Of a stretch of 64,000 bases of DNA, positions 58,300-64,000 are shown one piece after another (positions within the stretch are counted from its first letter, which is position 1; each line of letters opens with the position of its first letter). A model generated the notes under the pieces. The model saw only the letters and a list, made by a program, of their open reading frames with translations. It was not told the DNA's origin and ran no database searches. The stretch is from Podarcis vaucheri (Eukaryota), in NCBI GenBank assembly GCA_965113315.1, contig OZ220369.1. One strand, 5' to 3'. The translations under genes and the position numbers were made by a program.

Positions 58300-59950
58300 T
58301 ATTTGCAAGCCCTCCGCCTCCTCCGGTTGCTCGGTAGGGCTGTTCTCCTTAAGGCAAGTCTTCCAGCCCGCTCCGACAAAGCCTCTTCCAGAGGGCGCCC
58401 CGGTCGGAAGCTCAGCAGCGGCGGCGGCGAGGAAAAGGCCAGCTCTCGGGAAGGCGGCCGCAGAGCGCGCTCTCCTGGCGGAACAAAGGCCCGGCCTCCC
58501 GCGCGCCTCCATGCCCGGGCAGAACTGCGCTTTGCAGAGGCTGCTTCGCCGGCCCCTCGGCGCGGCGCGGCTGGCTCGGACTGCGCCTGGCGGCGGAGAT
58601 CCCTCGCGATCCCAGCGCAGGAAGTTCTTCATGCCGGGCGACGTCGGGCGCCTCCAATCTGCCCAGCATCCTCGGCCAGCGGGCGGGATAACTGGTTCAG
58701 CGCCGCTAGCAAAGGCCCTGGAAGGTAGGCGGGCAGATCTCCCCGTGCAGTCAGGAAGCGACCGGTGATCTCGTGGCGAAGTCTGCTCGGCGTTTCTCCC
58801 TCGCTCAAGGGCGGCGGCAGCCGGCGGACAGAAGCAGAGGCACCCCCGCAGGGAACGGGCCGGGACAGCCGGCTGCCGCTGTCCTCGCCGGGCTGCTCTC
58901 GGCTCCTACCATGCTCGGGCCGCGCAGACGTAGCTCTCCCCGCTTGCTCGCTCTCCAGGAGGGAAGTTTAGTTGGAGCCTTTTGTGCGTCGCGGCGGCGG
59001 CGGCGGCAAGAGCGGGGCCCGCCTCCCCCGGCAGCCGTCCCCGCCGAGCCGAGCCGTGGGCTGCATGTCAAGCGAGCAGCAGGAGCCGCCGCCGCCGCCC
59101 CCTCTTCTGTGCTCCCGAACGGGGCTGCAGCTGTCACGGCCCTTCTCCGCGCACAAACTTCTTGCCGGGGGAACAAAAGGCTGCGCGGCGAGGCTCGCTC
59201 GGATGGAGGGATGCAGAGCGCGCGACGGCTGGCTGGCTGGCAGGCCGCTCCTTTTGCTCGCCCTTGGAGGAGGCCGGCGGGGCGAGACCCAGCAGCAGCC
59301 CGCCCCCCGCCCGGGAAGCCCAACTCCGGCAGGAGAGCTCCGGCCCTCAGCGCCAACGGCTGCGAGATTCCGGCTGGGCCACCGAGCTGCCAACTCCGAG
59401 GGGAGGGGACGCGCCGAGTGGCGGGGAGGGAGAGAGGGGAGGGAGGAAGGAGGCGGGGACCAGCAGGCAAGGCGAGGCGGAGCGGGGAGGAGGTAGGATG
59501 GGGGCGGCCTTAGTGAGCCCCAGGCGGGCTCGGCGAAGCCAACGGCCACGGGCGGATCGAGGCGCGGAAATCGAGCCCCGCCAGTCAAGGACCCGGCCGC
59601 TCAGCAGCGGAAAAGGCGTCTGGGCGCTGAGCCTGGTCCGCGGGGGAGAAAAGGAATATTGCTGGTTCAAGGGGAGAAACAACCCCTCCCGCGCCTTGTC
59701 TGGGTCTCCCCCTCCTCCTCTGCCCCCTTCGCCTGGGGCGGGGGTCGCAGCGCAAATCCCTTGACAAAGAGCAGCGGCGCCCTGCTTCCCTCCAGCGCGC
59801 CTCTCCGCTGACTCCGGTTCGCGGAGGCCAAGACTTTTTTTGAGGGGCGGGAGAGACGCCTTGCGATCAGCAACCGCCCGCACGACTGCCAGCGTATCTC
59901 TCCTGCAAACAACCGTCCCCCAAACCAGAGAAATACCGGTATAAGGTTCT
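58300..59950. promoter_or_regulatory. Intragenic CpG island; probable internal promoter / 5' leader of the KIAA0754-MACF1 short transcript
   Basis: Abrupt shift to very high GC and CpG density, with GCC/CGG runs and GC-box-like GGGGCGG motifs (~59280, 59450-59510), immediately upstream of the minus-strand ORF; the rest of the window is CpG-poor. Confidence 0.85.
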
Positions 59951-60663
59951 GCCTCGAGTAGCACACTGGTGCCGCAAAGATAGTAGAGACGTTTAGTTGG
60001 AGCGTGAGAACGCGCCGCTTGAACATGTGCAGAGTGCAGAGCAAACAATCCTCACAAAGCTGCAATTTTCACTAGGGGGAGGAAATGATAGTGCCTCACC
60101 ACTGTCTTCCTCCTAGGCATACAAAACCACTATTATAAATTGCTGACGTTGGGTTTTTCCAGGAGAGGGCAGGGGAAATAACTTGCAGATGAGCTTATTA
60201 ATTTGATGGAGCAGGGGAGGTACCTGTGCAGAGTAAATCCCTCTTCCTTAGCTCTTATTTGCTATCCAGCAATTGGCTAAGGAGTTGCAGGTCATTTACA
60301 GCCTTACAGCTTTGACAACACTGTATGAAAGCATCCTCACTTCCATTTATTTTTTTTAAAGCACAGGTGTGCACGTGTGAGAAAACAGCAGGACAGGGTC
60401 AAGATGTGTCTTTATGTGGAAATATCTGCACAAAGGTATGCTAGGATATTTCAAATGGGGCTAAAGTTTCATAGTTGGATTTCAAAGGCGTTTGCCCGAC
60501 ATTTCCCTTGCAACACACCACCATAGGAAGGCCATAGCAAAGACCCAACATAACCTGCTTCTAACTACATGATAGGATTAAGCACTGTGAAACGAAGAAT
60601 AAAAGAGTTCCTCTTTTGGGGGCCTTTCTCACACAACATCACACCCACAACCAGCCCACATGG

Positions 60664-61355
60664 TACTGAGGACAGGATCACACTTCAAAACGACCTTGAC
60701 AGATTAGCGAACTGGGCCAAAACAAACAAGATGAACGGTTAACAGGGAGAAATGTAAAGTATTGCACTTGGGCAAAAAAAATGAGAGGCACAAATACAAG
60801 ATGGGGGACACCTGGCTTGAGAGCAGTACATGTGAAAAGGATCTAGGAGTCTTGGTTGACCACAAACTTGACATGAGCCAACAGTGTGACGCGGCAGCTA
60901 AAAAAGCCAATGCAATTCTGGGCTGCATCAATAGGAGTATAGCATCTAGATCAAGGGAAGTAATAGTGCCACTGTATTCTGCTCTGGTCAGACCTCACCT
61001 GGAGTACTGTGTCCAGTTCTGGGCACCACAGTTCAAGAAGGACACTGACAAACTGGAACGTGTCCAGAGGAGGGCAACCAAAATGGTCAAAGGCCTGGAA
61101 ACGATGCCTTATGAGGAACGGCTAAGGGAGCTGGGCATGTTTAGCCTGGAGAAGAGGAGGTTAAGGGGTGATATGATAGCCATGTTCAAATATATAAAAG
61201 GATGTCACATAGAGGAGGGAGAAAGGTTGTTTTCTGCTGCTCCAGAGAAGCGGACACGGAGCAATGGATCCAAACTACAAGAAAGAAGATTCCACCTAAA
61301 CATTAGGAAGAACTTCCTGACAGTAAGAGCTGTTCGACAGTGGAATTTGCTGCCA
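60664..61355 (+). mobile_element. CR1 LINE 3' ORF2 (reverse transcriptase C-terminal) fragment, relatively young, truncated at both ends
   Basis: ORF 60762-61427 has CR1 motifs [45 protein letters not shown] and [12 protein letters not shown]-like; similarity stops at WNLLP. Confidence 0.93.
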
Positions 61356-64000
61356 ATCTGGCTTCCCTGCAACATGACTATTTGCAGAAACAAAGCACCA
61401 AGAGCAAGCAAAGGTGAAGGTTTCTAAGCTCTAGCAACACTGCAGGAGCTGGCAGGAGAAACATTGCACAGGCGTTTGCCTCAATGAGGCCCTGAATCCT
61501 TAATGCTCAATAGTCCCAACTCCTTGTAGTTACACAGTTTTCAAGCTTTTCTACATTGAACTTTGCCCACCTTGTCATGTAGGAGGGCATCATTCTCAGC
61601 TCATACCAGGTGTTCTGGGCTTCTCCCTGGAAACCAAAAGCACAGCCTGCAACACTCTGTGGCTGGTGAAGGAAGTTGCTGGTAGTCTTGGGGCAAACAC
61701 TCTTTCAAGGAAGATTGTCAACCTTGACTTGAGGAACCCACAGTGAACACTTGACAAAGCACAGATTTCCTCATTATACGATCTGGAAAGCATGGCCAAA
61801 GAGCAAAAAGCAGTTGCCTCATCTGCAACAGCACGTTCACACATCTTCTCCCCACAAAACCTGCAAGGTTGTGATTACCGGTAAAAGCAACAACTGAACC
61901 CGGATTGTATGGGTGGGGGGAGAAGTGGGCGAGTGCAATTCACTTTCCATGCAAAGGTAGCTCACACTCCTACCCAAGAAATTACCCTCCTAGGAGCTTC
62001 CTCCCACAATCAACCGAAGCAACCCAGGCCACAGGTATGCTGCATAGAGCAAGTGCACAATCCAGCAAGGCAATTCTGGGGGAGGAGCAATTCTTGTCAA
62101 TCAAATCAAACTTTAAATATGATTTCCTCCCCCAAGGCGAGGGAGAAAACTTGGCAAACAGTTAAGGGATGGGCCAAGTAAAGTTGATCCAGATTATCTG
62201 CTTGGATTCTGGTGCCACAGAGCATTCATCTCATTAACCAACATTCATTGCATCATTTATACCAAACAGGAAATTTCACCACTAAAAAGCCCTATAGCAA
62301 CAGCTGCATACCGGGTTAGAGAGACTGCCCAGCCTCCTCTCTTCCCAGAGCACCACCAGTCAATATACTGTTTTGTGTGCACACAGAGACCCCCTTCCTG
62401 GCCTTTCCCTTGCTTGGCTCAGGAGCGCAGCAGACAGCCAGACATTACAGTCACAGAAGAACGTCTAGGCTAGCTGTAATAATTGGATGCAGCTGCAACA
62501 ATAATCTGGCCAGTAGTTTCACCAAAGCAGGCCCTTCATGTGCCACCGGCGCCTTCGCTGTTCAAACTGCCTTCAATTGCGCAGGGCGAGTTTTTCTTTT
62601 TTAACGGCTCTCCCAGCTTCCTGCAGGAAGAATCAGGAATTCCATGTGAGGTTTCCCCCCTCACTTATAAAAGGACGATGTGTTGAGTTTGCAGCCAGGA
62701 ATTCTTTGGCTATTTCCTCATCAGGTCACATGCCAACAAAAGGAGTGCCAATATACATTCATTCCCCTCCTCCTTGGAAGAGGGAATGTAGGCCTATCCC
62801 CTTCCCCACTAAAATCAAATATGCACATAAAGATACTGACATCGAAATTGGTCTGTCCTTCATCACACGAACTGACTCTCTTGAAGCTGAAATATTTGCT
62901 TTGAACTGGCATTACTTCAAGCCTGCTTGACGGTCTTGGAAAAATTCCAAGTGGCAACAACTCACACAAGATGCCCACGTATAAGAATGGCAACATTTCT
63001 TCCACTCCACCCACTTCCTTGAAATGGTCTCTAAAATTTCAGCTCTGGCAACTAAGAATCTGAAATATCTCTTCTCCCTCCCCAGCTGATTCTTTAAGAT
63101 GGGGTAGGGAACCTGGAGTCTAAATACTACAGACCTCCCTTTCTGGTCCTTGGGAGTCTCCACAGGCCACACCTTTCACTGGTCCTGCCTAAAACCACTA
63201 TCCTAGAGCAGTTTTGCCTGGCTTAAATGTGTCCTCGAACTTGGATAATGCCTCTTCCTTGCCTGGAGAGAGTAGGAACTAATGCCTCCCTGCTCCTATA
63301 TATGTTTTTCAAAAACCTGGAGGGACATTTTACCTGGTGGGGGAGTGATCCTTTTGGGTTCATAACAAGAGGGCACTCCTTTAAATGAATAATGGCTACT
63401 TCCTTATGACTGTCTTCAGCACTTTGAGTGTTCTGGGGTCCTTCCAATAAGATGCTCTGAGCACCCAGAAGATTGGCTCAGGTGTAGGAGATGGGTGGAG
63501 TACAAGATTTCTGAGGGATCTATGGGGACCATGGTTCCTTTTGCATTTCTTGCAGTGTGATGTAGAAAGACCAGCCAAGCAGCCAGCTGTGGCACTGAAC
63601 TATATTTACCTGATGATGGAACTCTGTATCCCCTAGCGACAATTTAGAAGGAAGGGGGTGAGAGAGAGGGAGAACAAGCCAAAGGCACGTCTGCTAATTT
63701 CAGTTTATTTGTGGGACTACAGTATGCCTGGTGAGCAAAGAATCCCAAGGCAAATTCAAGCAAACTCCCAAGCCCACGTGCACAGCAAAGGTTTGTTAGC
63801 TCAAGAGGCTCATCCTTTCGAGCAGCCCCAACCTGACACCTTCCAGATGTTTTGGACTACAACTCCACCAGCATGGCCATGTGATGCTGGGGCTGCTGGA
63901 AGTGGTAGTCCAAAATGCCTGGAGGACAACAATTTGGTTAGGAGGTGGGGGCACTTTTAAGCCAAAGTTGGTTTCCTTCTGTAGCCAGCAGCTTTTCACA

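Noticed and set aside
58156-60065. Many overlapping 130-260 aa ORFs on both strands
   Set aside because: Expected from stop-codon scarcity in a CpG island; low-complexity R/G/A/P translations with no recognisable domain

Overview
Eukaryotic (vertebrate) genomic DNA. The repeat complement suggests a squamate reptile, probably a lacertid-type lizard (inference). The window holds the 3' half of the spectraplakin gene MACF1 (ACF7) on the minus strand. I traced 43 GT-AG coding exons from 46921 down to 413 (6595 nt, about 2198 codons), with intron phases consistent throughout. They encode spectrin repeats, two EF-hands, the Zn-binding GAR/GAS2 domain and the start of the Ser/Arg-rich tail. The terminal exon(s) lie beyond the left edge and the N-terminal exons beyond the right edge. 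The large upstream intron contains a CpG island (~58300-59950) and a 3.3-kb KIAA0754-like ORF starting MGKPLSRPDC. This ORF has an in-frame phase-0 donor, so it could either stop on its own or act as an alternative first exon. That would give a possibly myristoylated MACF1 isoform lacking the actin-binding domain. Other notable items: a second candidate first exon (MVDS...MLCCW); microexons of 9 nt (IGE) and 18 nt (FFLGNQ); a candidate additional 9-nt microexon (5313-5321) that I do not recognise; long AG-exclusion zones before the alternative exons; three TA-flanked Tc1/mariner-type MITEs; CR1 and L2 fragments; and many tRNA-derived SINEs and short fold-back elements. No prokaryotic system, CRISPR array or convincing structural RNA gene was seen.
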